Assembly: GCA_016215455.1 (NCBI GenBank)
Contig: JACRJP010000002.1
Coordinates: forward strand, 87,622-151,621
Origin: Candidatus Tayloriibacteriota bacterium
GTDB taxonomy: Bacteria; Patescibacteriota; Minisyncoccia; Phycocordibacterales; PALSA-1337
Length of the DNA: 64,000 bases
Reading direction: 5' to 3'
Shown here: one piece after another, positions 20,176 through 30,097 of the stretch
Layout: every line of letters begins with the position of its first letter
How positions within the stretch are numbered: position 1 is the first letter of the stretch
Program-made: the position numbers and the translations under genes
The notes under the pieces: model-generated
Databases searched by the model: none
Told to the model about the DNA's origin: nothing
Seen by the model: the letters and a program-made list of their open reading frames with translations, nothing else

Positions 20176-21132
20176 CTATTTTCGACCCTTACCATGGAAC
20201 TTTTTATGGATGTTTCGTAATTCACTATCTGTGATATGTGTATAAATTTGGGTTGTTCCAATATTTGCATGACCTAACAGCATTTGAACTGAACGTAGAT
20301 CGGCACCGTTACGCAAAAGATCTGTGGCAAATGAGTGTCGAATAACGTGAGGAGTAACTTTTTTTGATATACCGACCTTTATTGCATAGTACTTCACAAT
20401 ACGTTCTACCGAGCGGGGAGTGAGGCGCATTGTTTCATTTTTACCTTGCGCAAGCTTGGCATTTCCTGTACGAACCTGTACAAACAAAGCATCATCCATA
20501 TCATCACGCTTGTCTAAATAGGCCTTAACCATAGCCTTTGCATCATCAGAAAGAAATACCACACGAACCTTTTCTCCCTTACCACGAACGGAGAATTCGT
20601 CTTGCTTTAGATTAATATCTCGAGGGAGACTACAAAGTTCTGATACACGTAGGCCTGTAGAGAAAAATAGCTCGAGAATGGCTCTATCTCTGAGTCCTTT
20701 GAGAGTTCCTGTGTCCGGAGCAGACATCAATCGTGATAAATCATCAAGAGAAATGAGATCGAGAGACCGTTCAGGGACTTTTGCCAACTCAATACGGTCC
20801 GGAGGGAGTGATTCAACTCCTCGACGAGCTAAATACTTGAGAAACGAGCGTAACGCAATAAGATAATAGTTCTGAGTACGTTTTTTCATTCCAGGAGCAG
20901 ACATACCCTTAGCTGCCTTACCCTCCTGTCGATTCAGCCATAGGCGGTACTCTCTCAAGAGGTTATCAGTGATCTGCTGAGGCTTATCTATCTTGGCAAA
21001 TTCAAAAAAACGAGAGATATAGTGGTCATAATTACCCACAGTACTGAGACTTCGACCCTTCTCAATTTCAACATATTGGAGGAATTCGAGCTTTAGGTCC
21101 TTGAGATTACGGGATGCAGCAGACATGTGCAT
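20176..21132 (-). CDS. xerC: Tyrosine recombinase XerC/XerD family
   Basis: C-terminal catalytic box RHSFATDLLRNGADLRSVQMLLGHANIGTTQIYTHI (R..H..R..Y). N-terminal SAM-like DNA-binding domain. Confidence 0.75.
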   Translation of the reverse strand: MHMSAASRNLKDLKLEFLQYVEIEKGRSLSTVGNYDHYISRFFEFAKIDKPQQITDNLLREYRLWLNRQEGKAAKGMSAPGMKKRTQNYYLIALRSFLKYLARRGVESLPPDRIELAKVPERSLDLISLDDLSRLMSAPDTGTLKGLRDRAILELFFSTGLRVSELCSLPRDINLKQDEFSVRGKGEKVRVVFLSDDAKAMVKAYLDKRDDMDDALFVQVRTGNAKLAQGKNETMRLTPRSVERIVKYYAIKVGISKKVTPHVIRHSFATDLLRNGADLRSVQMLLGHANIGTTQIYTHITDSELRNIHKKFHGKGRK

Positions 21133-21184
21133 AGTATAGCATGTACTTGCAGTCAGAAGACTTTCATGCTACTATGGTGCCAAC

Positions 21185-21451
21185 ATGTTAACGACACGAC
21201 AGAAACAAAAAATAATCAAAGAAACGGGGATTCACGGTAAAGATACTGGTTCTCCGGAAGTTCAGGTATCTCTTCTTACAAAGCGAATTGACGAACTTGC
21301 TTCACACCTCAAGAAACACAAGCAAGACAACCATTCTCGACGAGGACTTCTTGCGATGGTAGCTGACCGACAGTCACACCTCAATTACCTTAAGAAGAAG
21401 AATCCAAAGCGATACGCTTCTATTACGAAGAAACTCGAAATCAAGAAGTAA
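21185..21451 (+). CDS. rpsO: 30S ribosomal protein S15
   Basis: 88 aa; LTKRIDELASHLKKHKQDNHSRRGLL is the S15 signature. Confidence 0.9.
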   Translation: MLTTRQKQKIIKETGIHGKDTGSPEVQVSLLTKRIDELASHLKKHKQDNHSRRGLLAMVADRQSHLNYLKKKNPKRYASITKKLEIKK

Positions 21452-21457
21452 TCTCTC

Positions 21458-21484
21458 AAAAACCACCGCTACGGTGGTTTTTGT
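21458..21484 (+). terminator. Rho-independent terminator after rpsO
   Basis: aaaaccaccgctacggtggtttttg. Confidence 0.7.
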
Positions 21485-21522
21485 ACTTAATTTACCTTTA
21501 GTTAGTAGTAAAAAATCACACT

Positions 21523-22059
21523 ATGACAGTTATTAAACATTCAGAACAGAGAGTAGGAATCTTCATTGATGCCCAAAATCTCTACCACAGCGCAAAAAAT
21601 ATTTATCATGCACGCGTCAACTTTGGCCAAATCGTCAAAGATGCACTTGCAAACCGTGCCCTTATCCGTGCAGTAGCTTACGTAATCACCACAGAAGCAG
21701 GGGATGAAAAAGCCTTCTTTGAAGCACTTCTTAAAATGGGAATCGAAACAAAGACAAAAGATCTTCAAATTTTCTCAAGTGGTAACAAGAAAGCTGACTG
21801 GGACGTTGGTCTTGCGATCGATGCAGTCAAACTCGCACCGAAACTCGATGCAATTATCCTTGTAACAGGGGATGGGGACTTTATTCCACTCGTACAATAC
21901 CTTCAAATTCATGAGGGGTGCCAAGTAGAAGTAGTCTCATTTGGTAAATCAACATCAAGTAAGCTCATCGAAGCAGCTGATGACTTTTTTGACCTCGATC
22001 ACAACCCTCGAAAATATCTCATGGGAGCACGTCTCGGAGATTTCAAGAAAACAAAATAA
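21523..22059 (+). CDS. NYN-domain (LabA-like) protein, predicted RNA nuclease
   Basis: GIFIDAQNLYHSAK ... ADWDVGLAIDAV ... LVTGDGDFIPLV matches the NYN/LabA acidic catalytic residue pattern. Confidence 0.65.
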   Translation: MTVIKHSEQRVGIFIDAQNLYHSAKNIYHARVNFGQIVKDALANRALIRAVAYVITTEAGDEKAFFEALLKMGIETKTKDLQIFSSGNKKADWDVGLAIDAVKLAPKLDAIILVTGDGDFIPLVQYLQIHEGCQVEVVSFGKSTSSKLIEAADDFFDLDHNPRKYLMGARLGDFKKTK

Positions 22060-22112
22060 AATTTTCCACGAAAATAAGTGCTCTCTTTGCGCAATTTTGC
22101 TACACTTAGCAC

Positions 22113-24230
22113 ATGCACAAGAAAGAGTACTCTATCGAAGTAGGAGGGGAGCGACTTATTGCTGAATTTAATGATCTTGCAGATCAAGCTCATGGTTCAG
22201 TACTCGTTCGTTACGGAAATACCATAGTTCTCGGAACAGCAGTTATGTCAAAAGAAATTCGTGAAAATGATTTCTTTCCACTTACCGTTGAATATGAAGA
22301 ACGTTTCTATGCCTCAGGAAAAATACTTGGCAGCCGTTTTGCACGACGTGAAGGCCGACCTTCTGACGAAGCAATTCTTTCAGGTCGCCTCATCGATCGA
22401 ACACTACGCCCTCTTTTTGATCAGTGGATTCGAAATGAAGTTCAGGTTGTTACAACTGTACTTTCTATTGGTGAACACGATCCTGACGTCGTAGCAATTA
22501 TCGCAGCATCTCTTTCTCTCGGTGTATCAAACATTCCTTGGAATGGTCCTGTATCGGCTGTACGTATCACAAAAAATAAAGAATTTGAAATAAATCCAAC
22601 CTACACTCTACGAAAAGAAACTTCTATTGAATTCGACATGGTTGCATGTGGTAAAGATGGTCTCATTAACATGATTGAAGTTGCTGGAAAAGAAACAGAT
22701 GAGAGTTTGGTTGTGAAAGCCTTACAACAAGCCTCAAAAGAAATTGAGAAGATTCAAACATGGCAACAGAAAATTATTTCAGAGATAGGTGTACCTAAGA
22801 AAAATATTCCAAAACCATCTCTTACCCCAGGTACAGCAGAACTTTTTGCACAAGAAATTACACCAAAACTTAATTCATACGTATTCAGTGGACCAGGTCA
22901 CACAAAGATAACAGAAATTAATGATATTTGGTTACATATTTTTAAAGAAAAGATTCCTGGAGGAAATACAGCTCTCGCTCAGGGATTATTTGATGAGTCA
23001 GTTAATACACTCCTTCATACAGAAGCTATAGAAAATTCTCGACGAGCAGATGGTCGTGAACTCGATGAAATACGGCCGCTTTTTGTACAAGCAGGAAAGT
23101 TTTCTCCTGTACTTCACGGTTCTGGAATATTCTACCGAGGAGGGACTCATATCCTCTCTATACTTACACTTGGTGGACCACAGGATTCACAAATTATTGA
23201 TGGAGCAGAGATCACTGATACAAAGAGATTTATGCATCACTATAATTTTCCTCCATTCTCAACAGGTGAGACAGGAAGAATCGGGGGACTCAATCGACGA
23301 ATGGTTGGTCATGGAGCTCTCGCTGAAAAAGCTTTAGTGCCTGTACTTCCAGACACAACGACATTTCCTTATACCATCCGTCTCGTATCTGAAGCTCTTG
23401 CATCAAACGGATCTACTTCAATGGGATCAGTGTGTGCATCAACTCTTTCTCTTATGGATGGGGGAGTGCCTATAAGTGCACCCGTTGCAGGTATAGCATC
23501 AGGACTTATGATGCGTGAAAAGAAGGGGCTCCTTGGTGGCACAAAATATGACTACAAAATACTAACTGACATTCAAGGACCAGAAGATCATCATGGTGAT
23601 ATGGATTTTAAAGTAGCAGGAACTCGAAAAGGAATTACTGCAATACAGATGGATGTAAAGGTTAATGGAATTCCTCTCGCAATTCTTGAAGAAGCATTTA
23701 AGAAAGCTCAACAGGCTCGATATACCATTCTTGATCTTATTGAAAAAGAACTACCAAAACCTCGTAAGGATATTTCTTCACATGCTCCGAAAATACTAGC
23801 ACTACGTATCAAACAAGATCAGATAGGATTAGTTATTGGTGGGGGAGGAAAAACTATTAATGATATTAAAGAAAAAACTGGAGTAGATGATATCGCCATA
23901 GAAGACGACGGAACAGTATACATTACAGGAAAAGATACGACTGCAGAAAAAGCTCGCGATATCATAGAAAGTATGACGCATGAATTTACTGTTGGTGAAA
24001 AATTTGAAGGGGAAGTCACCAAGATACTCGACTTTGGAGCATTCGTCCGCATAAGTCCAACAACCGAAGGACTTGTTCATATCTCAGAAATTGCTCCATT
24101 CAAAATTGACGCGGTAGCTTCACACCTCAAAGAAGGTCAGAAGGTTCCTGTTATCATCAAAGAAATTGATGAGAGGAAGCGTATTAATCTCTCGATCAAA
24201 ATGGCAGACCCTAATTTTATTAAACAATAA
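22113..24230 (+). CDS. pnp: Polyribonucleotide nucleotidyltransferase (PNPase)
   Basis: Two RNase PH-like domains followed by KH (GGGGKTINDIKEKTG) and S1 (GEKFEGEVTKILDFGAFV) domains. 705 aa. Confidence 0.9.
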   Translation: MHKKEYSIEVGGERLIAEFNDLADQAHGSVLVRYGNTIVLGTAVMSKEIRENDFFPLTVEYEERFYASGKILGSRFARREGRPSDEAILSGRLIDRTLRPLFDQWIRNEVQVVTTVLSIGEHDPDVVAIIAASLSLGVSNIPWNGPVSAVRITKNKEFEINPTYTLRKETSIEFDMVACGKDGLINMIEVAGKETDESLVVKALQQASKEIEKIQTWQQKIISEIGVPKKNIPKPSLTPGTAELFAQEITPKLNSYVFSGPGHTKITEINDIWLHIFKEKIPGGNTALAQGLFDESVNTLLHTEAIENSRRADGRELDEIRPLFVQAGKFSPVLHGSGIFYRGGTHILSILTLGGPQDSQIIDGAEITDTKRFMHHYNFPPFSTGETGRIGGLNRRMVGHGALAEKALVPVLPDTTTFPYTIRLVSEALASNGSTSMGSVCASTLSLMDGGVPISAPVAGIASGLMMREKKGLLGGTKYDYKILTDIQGPEDHHGDMDFKVAGTRKGITAIQMDVKVNGIPLAILEEAFKKAQQARYTILDLIEKELPKPRKDISSHAPKILALRIKQDQIGLVIGGGGKTINDIKEKTGVDDIAIEDDGTVYITGKDTTAEKARDIIESMTHEFTVGEKFEGEVTKILDFGAFVRISPTTEGLVHISEIAPFKIDAVASHLKEGQKVPVIIKEIDERKRINLSIKMADPNFIKQ

Positions 24231-25324
24231 TGAATCCTGAGAATTTTCCACCACTTCCTCAAACAGGTCTTCAAAAAACTGTCAACAAAATGACAGAGGG
24301 TACATCTGTAACTACACCAGCACCTGTAATCCCTCCGAATCCAGCACCAACACCCACTCCCACAACTGAACCAGAAACAACAAATCAATTCAAATACCAA
24401 AAAGCACTTCGAACATACGAAGGGGATGTAGCTGCTGCTTTAGCAGGTAGAAAAGTTTCAGTGGCAACTATTGCTATTGCTGAAAATGTGGAGCGCCAAA
24501 AAATACAAGAACAAACATCAGTCACAACACTGAACGTTGCCACCCCACCAGCAACTCCATCAAAAATTCCTAAAAATCTCCTGTTACTTCTTCTAAGTCT
24601 TCTACTCATCGGTGGCGGTGCATATGGAGCGTATTATCTCTACCAACAAAGCGCCCTTGGAACAATTACACTCCCTGATATTACTCCATCAAAAGTACAG
24701 GGAATTATTCCGAGTTCACGACAAAAAGAAATTATCGCAACATCATTTACCGACACCACTGTACGCGAAAGAATTGCACAGGAACGTTTAACCGCACAAT
24801 TAAAAAATGGAGAAGTTGAAGAGCTTTACATCCTCATGAATCAAAACTCGGTAAAGAGCTTAATCCCTGCTGCCCAGGCTTTTCCTCTTATCGCATCAAA
24901 TGTTCCTGGAGAAGTGATCCGCTCTCTTAGTCCACGACTTATGGTAGGTCTCTTGGGAGAAAATGGAGCAACAACACCTTTTGTTCTCGCAAAATCAAAC
25001 TTCTTCCAAAGTACATTTACCGGGATGTTGTCGTGGGAAGAAAAAATGTTCCGAGATTGGCAACCGTTCTTAATTGATGATACAGCTCGATTCGTTCCAG
25101 TCGCAACGACAACTGCAACAACAACCACTACAACCCTTTCACGTGGACCTCGGTTTGAAGACTTGACGTATCGCAATAAAGATCTTCGTGTACTAAAAAA
25201 TGACTCTGGAAACATCTTCTTCTTATACTCATTTATTGATAAAGAAAACCTTATTATTACGACTAGTTTGAGTGCTTTTGACACACTTCTTAAAAGTTTC
25301 GAAAAACAAAGTTACATACGGTAA
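24230..25324 (+). CDS. Bitopic membrane protein with Pro/Thr-rich N-terminus (hypothetical)
   Basis: Start overlaps the pnp stop (TAATG). TM LLLLLLSLLLIGGGAYGAYYLY. No recognisable domain. Confidence 0.5.
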   Translation: MNPENFPPLPQTGLQKTVNKMTEGTSVTTPAPVIPPNPAPTPTPTTEPETTNQFKYQKALRTYEGDVAAALAGRKVSVATIAIAENVERQKIQEQTSVTTLNVATPPATPSKIPKNLLLLLLSLLLIGGGAYGAYYLYQQSALGTITLPDITPSKVQGIIPSSRQKEIIATSFTDTTVRERIAQERLTAQLKNGEVEELYILMNQNSVKSLIPAAQAFPLIASNVPGEVIRSLSPRLMVGLLGENGATTPFVLAKSNFFQSTFTGMLSWEEKMFRDWQPFLIDDTARFVPVATTTATTTTTTLSRGPRFEDLTYRNKDLRVLKNDSGNIFFLYSFIDKENLIITTSLSAFDTLLKSFEKQSYIR

Positions 25325-25358
25325 TTGCATCACTTTTGCTTTGTGGTATGATCGTGAC

Positions 25359-25745
25359 ATGAAAAGCAAAGACATTACTTATTTCAAAGACCGATTAATC
25401 AAAGAGAAAGCCACTCTCGAGGAAGAACTCAAGAGTGTTGGCCGAATTAATCCTGAAAATCCATCTGATTGGGAAGCAACGGTTGATGACAGTGATGTCG
25501 ACAGTGCTGATGAAAATGAAGTTGCTGATAAGATGGAAGAACTTGTTGAACATAAAGCAATTCTCACTCAGCTCGAAAAACAACTTGGTGAGGTACATAA
25601 CGCTCTCGAACGAATTGAACAAGGAAAGTACGGTATATGTGAGGTATCAGGAGAAGAAATCGAACGAGAACGTCTTGAAGCAAATCCTTCAGCGCGAACC
25701 TCAATCAAACATCTACGCGATTTAGAAGGCCTCAAGAAAAACTAA
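25359..25745 (+). CDS. DksA/TraR-family-like protein lacking the C4 zinc finger
   Basis: Coiled-coil N-terminus and a C-terminal GKYGICEVSGEEI segment resembling the DksA finger region but with a single Cys. The ORF track starts at 25272; the ATG at 25359 (MKSKDITYFKD) looks likelier. Confidence 0.4.
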   Translation: MKSKDITYFKDRLIKEKATLEEELKSVGRINPENPSDWEATVDDSDVDSADENEVADKMEELVEHKAILTQLEKQLGEVHNALERIEQGKYGICEVSGEEIERERLEANPSARTSIKHLRDLEGLKKN

Positions 25746-25755
25746 AATAAAAATA

Positions 25756-25786
25756 AAAACAGTTTCATGCTGTTTTTATTTTTTCT
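25756..25786. terminator. Bidirectional terminator between convergent genes
   Basis: aaaaacagtttcatgctgtttttatttttt. Confidence 0.65.
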
Positions 25787-25850
25787 TCATAGTTGGTTTT
25801 GTATACTTCCACTATGAATTATGCAAATATAAAAGGGAATACTACTCAAA

Positions 25851-26954
25851 CTAGAAGGTATTTCGAGCTCCTCGAATCTCAAAGTGAACGTGAGGACCAG
25901 TAGTTTTACCCGTCATACCGATTCGTCCAATACTTTGACCTTGTTCCACCTTATCACCCACCTTAACAAGGTTTGTACTCATATGAGCATAGAGAGTCTG
26001 TGTACCATTTGGGTGACTGATAACAACATAGTTACCATAACCATGATTCCAGCCTGCATTAGCTGAACTGATGATAACAGTACCTGCAGCTGAAGCACGA
26101 ATAATGGTACCGATTGGGCTCGCAAGATCCACAGCGTTATATCCATGAAGACCCTGACTTCGAGAACCACCGACAATTGGTCGAATATAATATCCAGGGT
26201 ACAAAGGACCACTTGCTCCGTGAAGAGCTGCTGTAGGGTTTTTGGCAGCGTTTGCTGGTAGTTTTGGCTGAACAATTGTTGGAATTTCAGCGTCGGGCAC
26301 AATAATCACATCTCCTACGGCCAAAACAGAAGATTCTGTGAGGTTGTTATACTCTGCAACTTCATCAAAATCAGCTTTATATTTATTCACAATACCCTTC
26401 AATGTTTCTTTTGACTTAACTACGTGACGAACACCTGAAATAGGGAGGATAACGAGGTTTTGACCTTCTTTAAGAACACTTGATCGAGATAGATCATTTG
26501 CCCAAAGAATAGTATTGACTGAGACATCAAAAATCTTAGCGATTTTCTCAAGAGAATCTCCTTTTCGAACAGTATAGAGACTAATACTTGTTCCCGTAGC
26601 ATCTTCTACGTCAGCTATTGTCCCAGCTGGACCAGACTCTGATATTACAGCAGTACCACCTGATACCATAGAGATTTGAGTTGCCCCAGAATTAGGATTA
26701 GGGTTCGAATTCACCACCACCTGAAGCAACTGCATTGTTTGAGAATTCACTTCTGAAACATCCACAGCAGCAGCAGAAACTTCAGGGGTAACATCATTTA
26801 AAATCGACGAGAAAAAACCCGCACTTACTGGATGCGGGGCAAAAATAACAAAACAACAAAGAAGAAGCTTCGAAGTAAAAAGCTTAAGAGAAACTGAGAA
26901 ATTATTTAGAAACTTTTGAGTTAAATTCATGCGATAAACGGCGGGTTCTGTCAA
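25851..26954 (-). CDS. M23-family metallopeptidase with two LysM domains, secreted
   Basis: C-terminal HGYNAVD ... GPHVHFE (M23 HxxxD / HxH motifs). Two LysM repeats (YTVRKGDSLEKIAKIF.., HVVKSKETLKGIVNKY..). N-terminal signal peptide. Confidence 0.8.
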   Translation of the reverse strand: MTEPAVYRMNLTQKFLNNFSVSLKLFTSKLLLCCFVIFAPHPVSAGFFSSILNDVTPEVSAAAVDVSEVNSQTMQLLQVVVNSNPNPNSGATQISMVSGGTAVISESGPAGTIADVEDATGTSISLYTVRKGDSLEKIAKIFDVSVNTILWANDLSRSSVLKEGQNLVILPISGVRHVVKSKETLKGIVNKYKADFDEVAEYNNLTESSVLAVGDVIIVPDAEIPTIVQPKLPANAAKNPTAALHGASGPLYPGYYIRPIVGGSRSQGLHGYNAVDLASPIGTIIRASAAGTVIISSANAGWNHGYGNYVVISHPNGTQTLYAHMSTNLVKVGDKVEQGQSIGRIGMTGKTTGPHVHFEIRGARNTF

Positions 26955-27221
26955 ACTTTCTCACACCAATTTAGAGTCGTTTTTAATCGGGATATTTCAG
27001 TAATATATGGCTCTATGAAGCCGTATATTTTGTACTCTGCCGTAGAGGTACTTTCCAAGGATACGTGGGTGTGCATCAAAAGTCAACGGGGGGTGTGGAG
27101 AGATTTTATGGTGTAATATTATGAACATTCTGTCAAATATTGACTTGCTAGAGTAGTAAAAAGTATTTTGAAATATCGTTCTATAAAAAATGTCACGATC
27201 ACATCTGATATACTCAGTGTC

Positions 27222-29174
27222 ATGTCAACAAATTCTCTCAATGAACGTCAAAAAAAAGCGACCGAGACGCTCGATGGACCTCTTCTCATTCTTGCTGGAG
27301 CAGGAGCAGGTAAAACAAAAACCCTCACTCATCGAATTATCAATCTTGTACATCGAGGAGTAGCACCTCATGAGATTTTAGCTATCACCTTCACCAACAA
27401 AGCAGCTAAAGAGATGCGTGACCGAGTTAACCATCTTCTCTCAACCGATACAAGCTTAAATGTACCGATTTCTTTCAATGAACGTCCATTTGTAAGCACT
27501 TTTCACTCTCTAGGAGTACACATCATCAAAGAAAATAGCCGTATCCTCGACATTCCACGACATTTTACAATCTATGATCGTAATGATTCAAAACGAGCAG
27601 TAAAAAATGCTCTCGAGGAACTCAATCTTGATCCGAAACAATACGATCCTAACAAAATTCTCTCTATCATCTCACGTGAAAAGGGAGATGGTGTGTCATC
27701 TGTAGAATATGCAGCCCGTAATCTCGATTTTTTCCCAGAAATCGTAAGTAAGGTGTGGCAAAAATACGAACAACAACTTAAGAAAGACAAATCTCTTGAT
27801 TTTGATGATCTTCTTCTCAAAACAATGCTGCTCTTAAGAAATAATGCTGCTGTACGAGAACATTACGCCCAAACTTGGAAATATGTTCACATTGATGAGT
27901 ACCAAGACACTAATCGAGTACAGTACGAGATATCTCGTCTTCTTGTAGAGAAACATCGCAATATCTGTGTTGTTGGAGATATTGATCAAAATATTTATAG
28001 CTGGCGAGGAGCTGATATTCAAAACATTCTTAATTTCGAAAAGGACTATCCTGAAGCAACCGTTATTCTTCTCGAGGAAAACTACCGCTCAACACAAACG
28101 ATTTTGACGGCAGCTAATAGTGTTATTGAAAAAAATGTCATGCGACGAGACAAAAAACTCTTCACCAACAATGGTGAAGGGGACAAGATCGAACTCATCG
28201 AGACATATGATGAGAATGAAGAGGCTCGAACCGTTGCCGAGAAAGCAAAACTTCTCATAGCAAACGGTGTCTTGCCTGAAGAAATCGCAGTATTGTACCG
28301 AGCAAACTTTCAATCACGTATTCTTGAAGAAGCGTTTTTGAGAAAAAATGTACCATACCAAATACTCGGAACTCGATTCTTCGACCGAAAAGAGATCAAA
28401 GATGTACTCTCATTTATTCGTCTTGCGCTTAATCCCGACAATTCAGGAGACTTAAGCCGAGTTATCAACGTTCCTCCACGTGGAATTGGGAAAGTGACCC
28501 TTCTTAAAATCTTAGAGGGCAAGAAAAATGAACTATCAGGGTCTATGCAAGAGAAAGTTGGACAGTTTTTCAGAATCCTTGAAAGAATTCGCGAAGTGGC
28601 AAGTACAGAAAAACCCTCAGAACTCATTAAATTTACCATTCGAGAGACAGGAATTGAGTCTTCACTCAAAATGGGCGACCCCGAAGATCAAGAACGTCTT
28701 GAAAACCTTCGTGAAATGGTGACACTGGCCACAAAATACGATGAAACGCCAGGAGAAGAGGGTATAGAGAAACTTTTAAGTGACGCCGCTCTTGCAACAG
28801 ACCAGGATGAACTCCAAAAACCTCAAAGTGCCGTGAAACTGATGACTGTCCATGCCTCAAAAGGTCTTGAATTTGACTATGTCTTCATAGCAGGACTTGA
28901 AGAAGATCTTTTTCCTCATGCACGGCTCAACGAAGAGCATGTATCAGCAAGTGGCCAAGAAGAAGAGAGACGTCTCTTCTATGTAGCACTCACTCGTGCT
29001 CGAAAAAAGGTTTTTCTGTCATTCGCTGCTATTCGTACGATATTTGGAGCCCAAAAGGTAAACATTCCATCACAATTCATTGCAGATATTGATGTGGCTC
29101 TCATTGAACGAAATTCTCCCGATCAAAATGGGGAACAGGCTCGTGGAATAAAGGCTATTTTCATTGATTTCTAA
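27222..29174 (+). CDS. pcrA: ATP-dependent DNA helicase UvrD/PcrA family
   Basis: Motif I AGAGAGKTKTLTHR, DEYQDTN, and the rest of the SF1 motif set. The ORF track starts at 27168; ATG 27222 (MSTNSLNERQ) fits the family N-terminus better. Confidence 0.85.
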   Translation: MSTNSLNERQKKATETLDGPLLILAGAGAGKTKTLTHRIINLVHRGVAPHEILAITFTNKAAKEMRDRVNHLLSTDTSLNVPISFNERPFVSTFHSLGVHIIKENSRILDIPRHFTIYDRNDSKRAVKNALEELNLDPKQYDPNKILSIISREKGDGVSSVEYAARNLDFFPEIVSKVWQKYEQQLKKDKSLDFDDLLLKTMLLLRNNAAVREHYAQTWKYVHIDEYQDTNRVQYEISRLLVEKHRNICVVGDIDQNIYSWRGADIQNILNFEKDYPEATVILLEENYRSTQTILTAANSVIEKNVMRRDKKLFTNNGEGDKIELIETYDENEEARTVAEKAKLLIANGVLPEEIAVLYRANFQSRILEEAFLRKNVPYQILGTRFFDRKEIKDVLSFIRLALNPDNSGDLSRVINVPPRGIGKVTLLKILEGKKNELSGSMQEKVGQFFRILERIREVASTEKPSELIKFTIRETGIESSLKMGDPEDQERLENLREMVTLATKYDETPGEEGIEKLLSDAALATDQDELQKPQSAVKLMTVHASKGLEFDYVFIAGLEEDLFPHARLNEEHVSASGQEEERRLFYVALTRARKKVFLSFAAIRTIFGAQKVNIPSQFIADIDVALIERNSPDQNGEQARGIKAIFIDF

Positions 29175-29215
29175 GGATTTTTAGCCTTTTGGGCAATTCC
29201 TGCTAGAATACCCTT

Positions 29216-30034
29216 ATGAAACCAATATTTGCCAAGAAATCACTCGGTCAAAACTTCCTCCATGCCCCAAATGTAGTGAGAAATATCGTTATTACAGGCC
29301 ATATATCGCCAAAAGAGAGTGTTTTAGAGATAGGTCCAGGAAAAGGAGTCCTTACAGAAGCCCTTCTTGAAGCTGGTGCAACGGTTACCGCAGTAGAGAA
29401 AGATGACAACCTTATCCCTTTTTTAAATGAAAAGTTCAAAGAATTCGTAAAAACGGCTCAACTGAAGCTTTTTCATGCAGATATCCTTGAAATTTCACCT
29501 ACAACCATTGGAATTGAGCATCCCTATAAGCTTATCGCCAATATTCCGTACTACATAACAGGAGAAATCATAAGAAAATTCCTTGAAACTTCTACCCCAC
29601 CAGAATGTATGGTGCTCATGGTCCAAAAAGAAGTAGCTGAACGAATTGTGTCACGAGATGGCAAAGAAAGTATCCTCTCTATCAGTGTTAAAGCGTACGG
29701 AAAACCAAAATACGTTGAAACGGTGAAAGCGCGCTGTTTTAGACCAATTCCTAATGTAGATTCAGCTATTTTATTGATCGACAGCATATCAAAGGAGTTT
29801 TTCAATCAGCACAAAGTGTCAGAAGAACACTTTTTCAATGTAGTTCGTGCTGGTTTTGCTCACAAAAGAAAGTTTTTAATTAATAATTTGGAAATACTTG
29901 CTCCGAAACCAATTTTGATATCAATTTTTAATGAAATAGCTATTTCTCCAACGGTTCGAGCTGAATCAATCAACACAGAAACTTGGGGAAGAATTGCACA
30001 AAAAATTTCTTCTTCTTTTCCACAGAAAAACTAG
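29216..30034 (+). CDS. rsmA: 16S rRNA (adenine1518/1519-N6)-dimethyltransferase RsmA/KsgA
   Basis: KSLGQNFL start motif and SAM-binding VLEIGPGKGVLT. Confidence 0.85.
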   Translation: MKPIFAKKSLGQNFLHAPNVVRNIVITGHISPKESVLEIGPGKGVLTEALLEAGATVTAVEKDDNLIPFLNEKFKEFVKTAQLKLFHADILEISPTTIGIEHPYKLIANIPYYITGEIIRKFLETSTPPECMVLMVQKEVAERIVSRDGKESILSISVKAYGKPKYVETVKARCFRPIPNVDSAILLIDSISKEFFNQHKVSEEHFFNVVRAGFAHKRKFLINNLEILAPKPILISIFNEIAISPTVRAESINTETWGRIAQKISSSFPQKN

Positions 30035-30097
30035 GAAAATCAATCATCTTTTCTGAAATCTTTGCTATAATTATGGGTAGTTTGGAATCCAACTACC

